DNA of 63,372 nt. Origin: Bacteroidales bacterium (GTDB taxonomy: Bacteria; Bacteroidota; Bacteroidia; Bacteroidales; UBA1715). Each line of letters opens with the position of its first letter. The stretch's first letter is position 1. Positions 11,101 to 20,290 of the stretch are shown here, one piece after another. The stretch is taken from positions 1 through 63,372 of the forward strand of contig JAQICB010000106.1 in assembly GCA_027858745.1 (NCBI GenBank), written 5' to 3'. The notes beneath the pieces were generated by a model. The model was not told where the DNA came from. It worked only from the letters and a program-made list of their open reading frames with translations, and did no database searches. Position numbers and translations under genes: made by a program.

Positions 11101-11591
11101 AAGTACCACACCGATTCTACGTATGTGTTTTCGTAGGTAACGTATGGTTTATCCATATCTACCCAATAGCCGATTTTTTCAGTCAGTTGTTCCCACTCTT
11201 CGGTGTATTTCATGACATTTGCTCGGCATGCTTTATTGTAGTCTTCAACAGATATTTTGGTACCAATGTCTTCTTTTGAAATGCCAAGTTCTTTTTCTAC
11301 GCTCAATTCAACCGGTAAGCCATGAGTATCCCATCCTGCTTTTCGATGAACTTGAAAACCTTGCATTGTTTTATATCTGCAAATAATGTCTTTAATAGTT
11401 CGGGACATTACATGATGAATTCCCGGTAAGCCATTTGCAGATGGAGGACCTTCGTAAAAAATAAATTTTTTGTTTCCTTCACGTAATTCTATGCTTTTCT
11501 TAAACGTGTTTTTTGTTTTCCACTGTTTAAGAACCTCTTCGTTTATGTGTGATAAATCTAATTGTGAATATTCTGTAAAACAATTACTCAT
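8157..11591 (-). CDS. ileS: isoleucine--tRNA ligase (type 2, 1144 aa)
   Basis: HIGH-like PGIHHV and KMSKRLGN (KMSKS) motifs, plus an editing-domain-sized insertion. Confidence 0.95.
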   Translation of the reverse strand: MSNCFTEYSQLDLSHINEEVLKQWKTKNTFKKSIELREGNKKFIFYEGPPSANGLPGIHHVMSRTIKDIICRYKTMQGFQVHRKAGWDTHGLPVELSVEKELGISKEDIGTKISVEDYNKACRANVMKYTEEWEQLTEKIGYWVDMDKPYVTYENTYVESVWYLLKKLFEKNLLYKGYTIQPYSPAAGTGLSSHELNQPGCYKDVKDTTCTAQFKLKVDDSFSWLFDKTSLDVFTLAWTTTPWTLPSNTALCVGPNVTYVLIETYNQYTGEPIAVIMARDRISAYLSKKGKDMPFDSYTTDNKVIPYRIVAECTGKDIAGLQYEQLLPWVQPQGKAFEIITGDFVTTEDGTGIVHIAPTFGADDAFVAKQHKISGLYVIDIYGNESPLVNKQGKIYSIDELDGDFVEHYVNIDLYTQFGGRYVKNEYDETIDANAPTLDVDIAVELKMSNRAFKIEKHIHNYPHCWRTDKPILYYPLDSWFVKTPAFKDKLLSHNKEINWKPSSTGTGRFEKWLENLQDWNLSRSRFWGTPLPIWMSEDCSERICIGSIEELKQEIEKSVQAGFMDTNPLQDFKPGDFSKENYSVFDLHRPYVDRIILASPNGKKMHRETDLIDVWFDSGSMPYAQLHYPFENKDTFPSIYPADFIAEGVDQTRGWFFTLHAIATMLFDSVAFKNVISNGLVLDKNGNKMSKRLGNAVDPFKEIKTKGSDAVRWYMITNSSPWDNLKYDSAGIDEVKRKFFGTLYNTYSFFALYANLDSFTMQYEPIAKEKRPEIDKWILSLLHSLTQDVTQYYEDYEPTKAGRAIQDFVIDNVSNWFVRLSRKRYWKGEMTDDKISAYQTLYTCLETVSQLMAPIAPFYADKLFTDLNSATQQHKAESVHLVNFPIADESYINTRLEKQMKYAQIISSMILSLRRKVSIKVRQPLQKILIPALNKEFEQDIRAVTDIIKAEVNIKEIEIITDASDVLVKKIKPNFKVLGPKHGKIMKQLAVKIGEMDNAEIVAFEKNQTYTIEVNSENVTLQLEDVEIYSEDIPGWQVAHEENITVALDVKISPELQNEGIAREFVNRIQNFRKESGLDVTDKIHLEIQEHANLTTAIEQYKEYIATETLCASINLVPKPKQKLQKDVEIDNTISTVIAISKS

Positions 11592-11844
11592 GTTTATAGT
11601 ATGAAATAAGTGTATGTTTGAATTTTTGGCAAATATAATGTTTTTTTAGAATGAAGCATTGTTATGAGAATGAAACTTATAAAGAAAAATTAAATTCGCT
11701 TATGACGGTGCTTTTGGGCACTTGATAATTAGGGCAGATGAATATTTACATGCTTTTTAAAACGCTCATTTTCTAAAGCAAACGATGAGGAATGACGAGT
11801 ACACGCACATAATTAAAAATATAAAAAGGGTGCATAAAAAACAG

Positions 11845-11985
11845 TTTTTCTGCGTTAAATTATTTCACAATAGCTCGCTATTATTCAATAATTCACCTTA
11901 ACAAACAGCTTTTTATATCAACCAAGGACAAAGGACGAGTTCAGCGGAGCTAATCTGAACTCGAAAAATCATGTCGAACTCGGGT
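11845..11985 (+). repeat. MITE-like element, truncated copy 2 (sister of copy 1, opposite orientation)
   Basis: Same architecture as copy 1. Ends with ...GAACTCGAAAAATCATGTCGAACTCGGGT (right TIR). Confidence 0.85.
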
Positions 11986-12318
11986 GCTGATTATAAAGTA
12001 ATTATTTTTCACTTTGTCAGGACGAGATAACACAGATCTGTTCCGCTTTTTGCGAATTCGCAAGTTTATCGGAGCGTAACTTGTGGAGTAGCTCAGTTTA
12101 TTTAGTAACATGTATAGCACAATTTATACTTTAACTCGTACAATTATAAAATGCAACTGATTTTATAATCCGATATGCTACAAGTTGCGAATTTACAGTT
12201 GCGAATTTGTTACTGAAGTGCAGTATCTCATTGCCGCATGGTTTTGGAGTGTGCAAAAAAACATATCGAACTGAACTTAATATAATAAGATATTTGGATA
12301 GGATAGAGGGAGGGGAGC

Positions 12319-12352
12319 AAAAAAAAAGCTGTTTCGATTGAAACAGCTTTTT
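12319..12352 (-). terminator. rho-independent terminator of rpmB-rpmG-DUF4295
   Basis: AAAGCTGTTTC / GATT loop / GAAACAGCTTT. The stem is followed on the minus strand by a run of about 9 U. Confidence 0.8.
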
Positions 12353-12356
12353 GTAT

Positions 12357-12509
12357 TTATTTTTTTAAGTATTCCTCGACCAGTGCGTTGGATACCATTT
12401 CCGATTTAAAGCTATATGCTCCACTTTTTTCTGAAACAACAGGTTTTATTACTTTCGTAAATTCTTTGCCTATACCTTTTTGAATTGATGCTACTACCTT
12501 TTTTGCCAT
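12357..12509 (-). CDS. DUF4295 small protein (50 aa), not in the supplied ORF track
   Basis: Hand translation: MAKKVVASIQKGIGKEFTKVIKPVVSEKSGAYSFKSEMVSNALVEEYLKK. It lies 8 nt downstream of rpmG, the standard Bacteroidota rpmB-rpmG-DUF4295 arrangement. Confidence 0.7.
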   Translation of the reverse strand: MAKKVVASIQKGIGKEFTKVIKPVVSEKSGAYSFKSEMVSNALVEEYLKK

Positions 12510-12517
12510 ACCAGTAA

Positions 12518-12700
12518 TTATTTAATTTCTCTATGAATTGTCATTTTTCGAAGAATTGGATTGTATTTTTTCAATTCTAATCGTTCCGGTTTGTTTTTTC
12601 TGTTTTTTGTCGTGATATATCGTGACATACCCGACATGCCGCTGTTTTTATGTTCGGTACATTCTAAAATAACCTGAACCCTATTTCCTTTTTTTGCCAT
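12518..12700 (-). CDS. rpmG: 50S ribosomal protein L33
   Basis: 60 aa: [18 protein letters not shown]...YITTKNRKN. Confidence 0.9.
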   Translation of the reverse strand: MAKKGNRVQVILECTEHKNSGMSGMSRYITTKNRKNKPERLELKKYNPILRKMTIHREIK

Positions 12701-12712
12701 TGTAAACTATTT

Positions 12713-12955
12713 TTAATACTTAGTAATGAAACCTTTAGCTTTTGCATCTTTTAATGCACCGTTTAAACCTTTTTTACTGATAGTTCTAATACCATTTGCG
12801 GATACACGAAGAGATATCCATCGGTCTTCTTCCGGCAAATAGAATTTTTTATCGAATAAATTCGGTTTAAATTGTCTTTTGGTTTTCTTATGTGAGTGTG
12901 ATACGTTGTTTCCAACAATCACTTTCTTTCCTGTAATCTGACAAACTCGTGACAT
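12713..12955 (-). CDS. rpmB: 50S ribosomal protein L28
   Basis: 80 aa: MSRVCQITGKKVIVGNNVSHSHKKTKR. Confidence 0.9.
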   Translation of the reverse strand: MSRVCQITGKKVIVGNNVSHSHKKTKRQFKPNLFDKKFYLPEEDRWISLRVSANGIRTISKKGLNGALKDAKAKGFITKY

Positions 12956-13068
12956 CAGTATAATTATTTAATGTTATCTTGTATAAATTTCGAGGTGCAA
13001 AATACGTGAATTTTACACAAACAAAAAAATATTTTTTCTGTTTTTTTTAATTTATTCTCAAAGAGACT

Positions 13069-13098
13069 TAAAAAAGGGGGATTTTTTATGCTCCCCCT
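13069..13098 (-). terminator. rho-independent terminator after rocD
   Basis: AGGGGGA / 10-nt loop / TCCCCCT, followed by UUUUU on the minus strand. Confidence 0.65.
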
Positions 13099-13113
13099 AC
13101 CTTATTCGTGCTA

Positions 13114-14322
13114 TTAAAAGTCTGAAAATGTTTTTTTGATAATATCGATTGACTCCATTATTTGTTCTTTTGTAATAACAAGTGGAGGAGCAAAACGAAT
13201 AATATTTTCATGGGTTGGTTTTGCCAACAAACCGTTTCCTTTTAGTGCTACACAAAAATCCCAGGCAGTTTTTCCGTCATGGGGTTTTATAACAATAGCA
13301 TTTAATAAGCCTTTTCCCCGAACTAACTCTTTTGCAGGATGATTAATTTTTTCTAATTCACTACGAAATAATTCTCCTAATTCCTGTGATTTTTCGCACA
13401 ATTTTTCATCTTTTAATACTTCAAGAGCTGCTATTGCTACTTTTCCTGCTATGGGATTGCCACCGTATGTCGAGCCGTGCTCTCCGGGTTTTATGCACAA
13501 CATAATGTCGTCATCAGCTAATACACATGATACCGGATAAACTCCGCCGCTCAATGCTTTACCAAGGATTAAAACGTCGGGACGAACACCTTCGTGGTCA
13601 CAGGCAAGCATTTTTCCCGTACGTGCAAGTCCGGTTTGTACTTCGTCTGCAATGAATAATACATTTTTTGCCTTACATATATCATATGCTTTTTTTAAAT
13701 AGCCGTCTTCCGGAACATACACACCGGCTTCTCCTTGAATGGGCTCAACTAAAAAGCCTGCAACATTCGGGTCTTCGAGTGCTTTTTCTAATGCGGGGAT
13801 GTCGTTGTAAGGAACCACTTCAAATCCGGGTGTGTACGGACCATATCCTTTATATGAATCAGGATCGGTTGACATAGAGATAATCGTAATTGTTCGTCCG
13901 TGGAAGTTCCCTTCACAGACAACAATTTTCGCTTTGCCGTCTTCAATACCTTTTTTCTCATATGCCCATTTTCTGCATAATTTCAGTGCCGTCTCATCCG
14001 CTTCAGCACCGGTATTCATCGGTAATAATTTGTCGTATCCGAAAAATTTTGTTATGTATTCTTCAAAATCTCCTAACACATCATTGTAAAATGCACGAGA
14101 TGTTAATGTTAATTTTTGTGCTTGTTGTACTAATGCGTCAATAATTTTTGGGTGACAATGTCCTTGATTTACTGCTGAATAAGCAGATAAAAAATCAAAA
14201 TATTTATTGCCTTCAACATCCCATACGTGCACTCCTTTGCCTTTAGCTAACACTACCGGTAGCGGGTGATAGTTGTGTGCTCCGAATGTGTCTTCTTTGT
14301 TTATATAATCTTGAGAATTCAT
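13114..14322 (-). CDS. rocD: ornithine--oxo-acid aminotransferase
   Basis: [19 protein letters not shown] and class-III aminotransferase motifs. The likely start is [10 protein letters not shown] (14322); the ORF track extends to 14391. Confidence 0.85.
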   Translation of the reverse strand: MNSQDYINKEDTFGAHNYHPLPVVLAKGKGVHVWDVEGNKYFDFLSAYSAVNQGHCHPKIIDALVQQAQKLTLTSRAFYNDVLGDFEEYITKFFGYDKLLPMNTGAEADETALKLCRKWAYEKKGIEDGKAKIVVCEGNFHGRTITIISMSTDPDSYKGYGPYTPGFEVVPYNDIPALEKALEDPNVAGFLVEPIQGEAGVYVPEDGYLKKAYDICKAKNVLFIADEVQTGLARTGKMLACDHEGVRPDVLILGKALSGGVYPVSCVLADDDIMLCIKPGEHGSTYGGNPIAGKVAIAALEVLKDEKLCEKSQELGELFRSELEKINHPAKELVRGKGLLNAIVIKPHDGKTAWDFCVALKGNGLLAKPTHENIIRFAPPLVITKEQIMESIDIIKKTFSDF

Positions 14323-14420
14323 GTTATAAATCTTAAATGTTAAATCTGTAAAACGAGTGCCAAAAGTATACATTTCGTTTTGAGTATGCAATATTCTGTT
14401 CTTTTTTTATATGGCAATCT

Positions 14421-16565
14421 TTATTTTTTTATAAATGATTCTGCATAGAGTAGTTTTGAATTTTGCAATAATTGTATGGTATAGATACCTGCGGTAATAT
14501 TTTTAATCGGAAAGGTGTACATATATTCTCCTGCTTGCGCTGTGTTTGTTGTAAATGATGTAATCGTCTTTCCGGTATTATTTGTAATAATAATTGAGAT
14601 GTCTTTCCCGGATTCGAGCTCTGCAGATATTGATACAAATGATTCGCATGGATTAGGGAATACTTTTGCCGTATATTTTTCTGTTTTTGGTTTTTGAATC
14701 TGTGTTGGGGTATAGGTGTACGGATAATAGATTGATTCTATATTTTCATCTATCCACGTCGCTCTGTCTGTTAGCCAACTTTTTATCAAATCAATATCTT
14801 CATTATATGTCGCTGTTATGTATTGTCCCCATACATTCATTATGTAGCTGTTTTCTTGTAGCCATACCTTATTGTTAGTTACAATTGCCGGTGCGGTTAA
14901 TTGAATTAATGAGTCAATAGTTTGTTGAATAGTGTCGGGATGGAGCACCCCGTTGCGTAACTCAAACCATCTGTTTGCAAATGCTTCTACCAATGTAGAG
15001 TCCTTAAACAGTCTTTTATGATACAAATACCCGTTTGTTCGTTCGGCAAATTGCCAACCGGTTAATCTATCTGCATTTTGAAAGGTACTATTGCCAAATG
15101 CAAGGTCAAAATCCCAGACCGGACCGTAAAATGTTTTATGAGAGTAGTCGTCCGATTTTTTATACATATAAGTACTATATAAGTATGCATCAGGATTTCG
15201 GCAGAGTTCGTTGATTATAGTAAAATCGAGATATGACGGTATATCGGTATATTTTTTATACCCTCGTTCAGTTAACAAAACAGAGTCGTGTAGGGCACGT
15301 TTGAAGTCGTTGAAATAGTTTGTTATATATTCTTTTTGTTCGGGGGTTATATTGTCTTCTTTCGGGTATTCTATTTGAATTTGCCCGGTTGTTCCACCTT
15401 TGTCGTATTTAACTATATAACCACCGGTAATGTTCACTTTATCTTCGGGGGTAAGTTTACGAATATCAACTCTGTTATTGTCTCGTTTTATGCGTTCCAT
15501 AAATACATACAAACCCATGTATTCTCCATTTAGAAATAATTCACACATCTGTGTTCGGGGGGCATATAAGCCAATTTGATTGCTGAGCGTGTATGCTAAT
15601 GCATTTCTAATCTGGCTTCGGTCTGCAAAAGGACCGTGTAGCACCCAATCGCTTTCTTTGGGCATTCCTAAAACGGCAACACTTGAATCTTCACCTATTT
15701 CGTTTCGAAATTCGATGCTGTAATTGTTTTTCGGCCAATGTAAAGATGATTGCCCTCGAGGTTCAATACCTATAAGACCTTTGTAATTGTATACTGAATC
15801 ATTGTAATGGTTGTGTTCTTGAGCAGGAATGTCGATTATTTCTATTTCTGCAGTCGTTTTTTCTGAACAATCGTAGATTCCTTTTTCGTCGGTAATTATT
15901 TTTATGATTGGCAATGTCGTAGAATCAACTTCAATTTGATTGATTGCTTTAAAACTATAATTATACGGACTATACTGTGTGGTAGAAATGTTAAATAAAC
16001 TAAAGTCAAAACCTATATTACTATCGGCTACCGAGTCGTTGTGTACTTGAATTGCTAATATGTTTTCTCCTTCTAGTAGGCAGTTTTGTAAAGTGTTCTC
16101 GTCAATAAAATATCCCATAAGCGGATTGCACTGGTATCTGCTCGAAAGCATATCGCGAGAACGTGTTGCAAGTTCGTTATGTGCGACCTCTGTGTTAGGT
16201 TCTCCCATATTGACACGGAGGATTTCTATGCCATTTATATACGCAATGTAACCATCGCTATAGTCTGCCATCAGATTGAATTTTGTGATATTATCAAGAC
16301 TTTCAATTTCAAATGGCAATCTAATATATATCGATGTGCAGGTGTCAATTTTTGTGGTGTCGTTATGGTTGCCGTAGCCAATAACACTATATGCTGTTTT
16401 CCACGAATTGTCGTCGAAAGAGAGACTGTTCCAATCTGCCGGTGGTTGCGATTCGCCAATAAAATAATTGTAGGTCGAATCACCTAATTGCACTTGAGAA
16501 AATACCTGTGTCATCATAAAGCAATATGCTAAGCACAGGCTTATTTTTATACTATATGTATTCAT
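14421..16565 (-). CDS. CotH-family (atypical kinase fold) secreted protein with T9SS C-terminal sorting domain
   Basis: Signal peptide. CotH-type motif GPVWDFDLAFGN. The last ~80 aa (KVFPNPCESFVSI...IQLLQNSKLLYAESFIKK) look like a Por-secretion tail. Confidence 0.8.
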   Translation of the reverse strand: MNTYSIKISLCLAYCFMMTQVFSQVQLGDSTYNYFIGESQPPADWNSLSFDDNSWKTAYSVIGYGNHNDTTKIDTCTSIYIRLPFEIESLDNITKFNLMADYSDGYIAYINGIEILRVNMGEPNTEVAHNELATRSRDMLSSRYQCNPLMGYFIDENTLQNCLLEGENILAIQVHNDSVADSNIGFDFSLFNISTTQYSPYNYSFKAINQIEVDSTTLPIIKIITDEKGIYDCSEKTTAEIEIIDIPAQEHNHYNDSVYNYKGLIGIEPRGQSSLHWPKNNYSIEFRNEIGEDSSVAVLGMPKESDWVLHGPFADRSQIRNALAYTLSNQIGLYAPRTQMCELFLNGEYMGLYVFMERIKRDNNRVDIRKLTPEDKVNITGGYIVKYDKGGTTGQIQIEYPKEDNITPEQKEYITNYFNDFKRALHDSVLLTERGYKKYTDIPSYLDFTIINELCRNPDAYLYSTYMYKKSDDYSHKTFYGPVWDFDLAFGNSTFQNADRLTGWQFAERTNGYLYHKRLFKDSTLVEAFANRWFELRNGVLHPDTIQQTIDSLIQLTAPAIVTNNKVWLQENSYIMNVWGQYITATYNEDIDLIKSWLTDRATWIDENIESIYYPYTYTPTQIQKPKTEKYTAKVFPNPCESFVSISAELESGKDISIIITNNTGKTITSFTTNTAQAGEYMYTFPIKNITAGIYTIQLLQNSKLLYAESFIKK

Positions 16566-16659
16566 ATAAGAAGATTATTTTGGTTACTATATTATTTAGA
16601 ATACAAAAATAGTTTTTTTATTCATATATGTCTGATTGTGTTTCTTTTATTTTTGTGTG

Positions 16660-16712
16660 CTGATAAAAGCTGTTAACTTGAGTTCGATGTGATTTTTTAA
16701 GTTTAGAATATT
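16660..16712 (+). repeat. MITE-like element fragment (copy 3: short core-end piece plus a solo left TIR)
   Basis: TGATAAAAGCTGTT followed by ACTTGAGTTCGATGTGATTTTTTAAGTTTAGAATA. This matches the left TIR ACCTGAGTTCGATATAATTTTTTAGGTTCAGAAT. Confidence 0.7.
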
Positions 16713-16800
16713 CTTCTTGAAAACATATTGATTTATCCCGATAATACAGAGTGTATTTTCAATTGAATCGTATCATTTATTTGAGCTCTGAACCGAAAAA

Positions 16801-17289
16801 TTATATCGAAATTACGTTATCTGCCAAGCAGATATCAATTTTTTCAGGTTTCGTAAATGGTGAGAAACGTTTTATAGGTTTCCCTTCACTGTTAATAAGA
16901 AACTTGGTAAAATTCCATTTTATTTTGCTACTGAAGAAGCCTCCTAAATTCTTTTTGAGAAAGGTGTATATTTCGTGAGTATGTGGACCATTAACATCAA
17001 TTTTTGCAAACATGGGAAAGCTTACTCCGTAATTCAGCAAACAGCCTTCAGAAATTGATTTTTCATCTCCCGGTTCCTGATTTGCAAACTGATTGCAGGG
17101 AAAACCAAGGATTACAAAACCTTTGTCTTTATATTTTTGATACAGCTTTTCTAAGCCTTCAAACTGTGGGGTGAGACCGCATTTGCTTGCTGTGTTTACA
17201 ATCAAAATTGTTTTCCCTCTAAACTCATCCATACCCACATCTTTTCCGTGAATATTTTGTGCGGTAAAATTATAAAACTCAGCACTCAT
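16801..17289 (-). CDS. glutathione peroxidase
   Basis: NTASKCGLTPQ active-site Cys motif, LGFPCNQF, WNFTKFL. Confidence 0.9.
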   Translation of the reverse strand: MSAEFYNFTAQNIHGKDVGMDEFRGKTILIVNTASKCGLTPQFEGLEKLYQKYKDKGFVILGFPCNQFANQEPGDEKSISEGCLLNYGVSFPMFAKIDVNGPHTHEIYTFLKKNLGGFFSSKIKWNFTKFLINSEGKPIKRFSPFTKPEKIDICLADNVISI

Positions 17290-17365
17290 ATTACTATTTT
17301 TTTATATTATCGTAACAGATACTATTATTCGTGGATAAAAAAAGCTTTTGTTCTAAACTTTAGTT

Positions 17366-18319
17366 TTATTCTCCAAATAGAGAGTCAACAAATTCCTTTT
17401 TACGAAAGATTTGCAGGTCTTCTATTTTTTCGCCGATACCGATATATTTAACGGGGATTTTGAATTGGTCGGATATGCCGATAACCACGCCGCCTTTTGC
17501 GGTTCCGTCAAGTTTCGTGAGTGCCAAAGCATTCACTTCGGTTGCTTTGGTAAATTGTTTTGCTTGTTCAAAGGCATTTTGACCGGTAGATGCATCTAGT
17601 ACAAGGAGAATTTCGTGAGGAGCGTCGGGAGAAATTTTTTGCATTACTCGTTTTATTTTCGACAACTCATTCATGAGGTTTATTTTGTTGTGTAATCGCC
17701 CGGCTGTGTCAATAATAACAATATCTGCCCCGGTTTTTTTTGCGGATGCTAATGTGTCATATGCCACGGCAGCTGGGTCTGCACCCATTTTTTGTTTGAT
17801 AATTGGAACATCAACTCGTTCCGCCCAAATGCAGAGCTGTTCAACTGCCGCAGCTCGGAATGTGTCTGCTGCGCCCAAAACAACCGATTTGCCGGCATTT
17901 TTAAATAAGTGAGCAAGTTTGCCAATGGTAGTTGTTTTACCAACACCGTTAACACCCACAACCATTATTACATAGGGGGCTTCTTTGGTTGAGTTGAGGA
18001 AATCATCTGAAACTTCATTGTCATTTTCAGCTAAAAGAAGGGTTATTTCTTCTTGGAGAATGTTTTGTAATTCATTCGAGTCAAGAAATTTATCTTTTTC
18101 AACTCGGTTTTCTATGCGTTCTATAATTTTGAGTGTTGTTTCTACCCCAACGTCTGAAGTTATGAGAATCTCCTCCAGTTCATCTAAAAAATTATCGTCT
18201 ATTTTTGATTTTCCAATAAAAGATCGTGATAATTTTTTAAATACAGATTCTTTTGTTTTTTCTAAACCTTTGTCAAGAGTTTCTTTTTTTTCTTTTGTAA
18301 AAAAATTAAACAAGCCCAT
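17366..18319 (-). CDS. ftsY: signal recognition particle receptor FtsY
   Basis: GVNGVGKTTTIGKLA, DTAGRL and TKLDGTAKGG GTPase motifs. The likely start is MGLFNFF (18319). Confidence 0.9.
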   Translation of the reverse strand: MGLFNFFTKEKKETLDKGLEKTKESVFKKLSRSFIGKSKIDDNFLDELEEILITSDVGVETTLKIIERIENRVEKDKFLDSNELQNILQEEITLLLAENDNEVSDDFLNSTKEAPYVIMVVGVNGVGKTTTIGKLAHLFKNAGKSVVLGAADTFRAAAVEQLCIWAERVDVPIIKQKMGADPAAVAYDTLASAKKTGADIVIIDTAGRLHNKINLMNELSKIKRVMQKISPDAPHEILLVLDASTGQNAFEQAKQFTKATEVNALALTKLDGTAKGGVVIGISDQFKIPVKYIGIGEKIEDLQIFRKKEFVDSLFGE

Positions 18320-18390
18320 AATACCCTTTTTTTTAATGGTGCAATATATCAATTTTATATATTTTTTTAGTAAGAATAGAATATATAAAA

Positions 18391-20271
18391 TTACTTTTTA
18401 CTGATAATTTTTTGAGAGTATGGAGTTTGAATGATGTAGGAGCCGGCAGCAACGTTTGAAAAGTCTATTTCAAATGTGAGGGAGTCTATTTGTGTGATTG
18501 GTGTGAGTGGACTTATATCTTTGCCGGTAGTTGTACGAATGTAAATATCTGAAATAGAAAGATTATTGCCGGTAATTGTGACAATATTGTTTTTCACATA
18601 ACAAAACACTCGAATATTTTGACCGTGTTCGAAATTAGTTTGTATAGATTTTACTTTTGAAAAAGTAAATGTTCCATCATAATCTATCTGTTTGAGTCGA
18701 TAATAAGAGATTCCGGTGTATGGGTTTTCGTCAATTTCGTGATAATGCACGTACGATGAGGAATTTCCGGCACCGGGTACTGATACATATTTTTCCCAAT
18801 TGATTCCATCTTGCGATCGTTCAATGATAAACTTATTGTTGTTTGTTTCCGTGGCTGTTGTCCAAGAAAGCTGAACGTAATTACCCAAATATTGTATATC
18901 CCATCGAGTGAGTTCTATAGGTAATGGGGCGCCAAGTAAACTAAAGCTAAATGATTTGAGGTTGTTGTCTTCGTAGCCGTTCCACCAAGTGTTAATGGTT
19001 CGCTCATTTCCAAAACCATCAATTTCATCCGGAAAATTATGACCGTTTGTGTCAGCCATTACACCTTCAAATTCTGTTGTTCCGCCAATTTGAGAATCAT
19101 CCCAATAGAGATTTACCCGTGCCGAGTCCGGTAAAATACTGTGAACAATGTAGCCGTTCGGGTGGTATTCGGGGTCATAGAGGGGGAGGTGAGTAACTCC
19201 GGTAGAAAATCGCGATGAAATACCCACAATGACTTCTCCTTCTACGTAATCGCCATTACCGTCTTTGCCGTCCCAAATAACTGTGTCGCCACCCGGTTCT
19301 ATGTTTTGCACAAGCACAATATCTTCGCCATCTGCCTGATAACCAGTCGTGCCGTCTAAATCTAAAAATATTTCCACCGTTCCTCCTTTATCCATATTCA
19401 AATAAAAAAGAACTTCTTCGAATCTTTCGGGTTCGCCCAAAACTTTTAAATCTTCTACCATTGTTGGTTTTTCTGCTATTTCGTATACAGTTGTATCCGG
19501 CATATTTAGGAAAACTTTAAATTCAGGATATGTTGAGTTTCCTTCTACCGATTGTCTGTCTTCAAATAAAGTTCCGGTGTTTGCGGTTCCGGTACTGTTT
19601 GCGGAAATAACAAATCCCCAGGGTTGTATCCCGTTCATGTCAACAGAAGAGACGTATTGGTCTGTTGTGTAAATAAAAAATGTTGTGTACATTTCATTAT
19701 TAGAACCGCGTGTGCTTAAGTCCCAGGCGTATGACCACAATCTGCCTAAAATCGGGTCATTTGAATTGTCAACTACGGTAATGTCAAAAAGGTCGAAATG
19801 GTAGGTGCCGGAAAGGCTTGTTGTAAATTCAATATAAAAATCCCCGGTAGTTGTGGGCGTGTATGATAATGGTGTATACCCATCTGCCGGAGCTCCGCTA
19901 ATTTTTGGCCCGGCACATGCCTCGTCGTATGTTTCAATATAGCCGTTTCCACTACTTACCGGTACATTTTCTCTGTCTCCCGAAGCCGGGTAAACAATAT
20001 TTCCGCTTGGGTCTTTTATGCGAAATGTTCCAGTACCTGCTGTTTTGTCGTTTGGTTGAAAACCAAAATATATTGTTTCAGAAACATCTGCAATATTAAT
20101 GTAAAGTCTATGGAGTGGGTCTGTGTTTGACTCTAATGCAAAAGATCTGCCTTGGTCATTTATTTCGACATTTCCCCAGTCACTTGTGGTGGGACGTAGC
20201 TCTTTTGTTCCTTCGCTAAAGACAGGGAGCGAAAAAATAATAAGAGACAATGTTGAGAAAAATCGAAGCAT
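18391..20271 (-). CDS. secreted protein of unknown function with T9SS C-terminal sorting domain
   Basis: Signal peptide, a beta-rich body, an Fn3-like module (NNKFIIERSQDGINWEKY...YYRLKQIDYDGTFTFS) and a terminal Por-secretion-tail-like ~80 aa. Confidence 0.7.
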   Translation of the reverse strand: MLRFFSTLSLIIFSLPVFSEGTKELRPTTSDWGNVEINDQGRSFALESNTDPLHRLYINIADVSETIYFGFQPNDKTAGTGTFRIKDPSGNIVYPASGDRENVPVSSGNGYIETYDEACAGPKISGAPADGYTPLSYTPTTTGDFYIEFTTSLSGTYHFDLFDITVVDNSNDPILGRLWSYAWDLSTRGSNNEMYTTFFIYTTDQYVSSVDMNGIQPWGFVISANSTGTANTGTLFEDRQSVEGNSTYPEFKVFLNMPDTTVYEIAEKPTMVEDLKVLGEPERFEEVLFYLNMDKGGTVEIFLDLDGTTGYQADGEDIVLVQNIEPGGDTVIWDGKDGNGDYVEGEVIVGISSRFSTGVTHLPLYDPEYHPNGYIVHSILPDSARVNLYWDDSQIGGTTEFEGVMADTNGHNFPDEIDGFGNERTINTWWNGYEDNNLKSFSFSLLGAPLPIELTRWDIQYLGNYVQLSWTTATETNNNKFIIERSQDGINWEKYVSVPGAGNSSSYVHYHEIDENPYTGISYYRLKQIDYDGTFTFSKVKSIQTNFEHGQNIRVFCYVKNNIVTITGNNLSISDIYIRTTTGKDISPLTPITQIDSLTFEIDFSNVAAGSYIIQTPYSQKIISKK

Positions 20272-20290
20272 AGCATCGTTATTTGTTTTT

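Noticed and set aside
12085-12098. tRNA-like D-arm string GGAGTAGCTCAGTT in the ileS/rpmG gap
   Set aside because: There is no matching acceptor stem, anticodon arm or GTTCGAATC-type T-arm nearby. At most it is a decayed fragment or a chance match.
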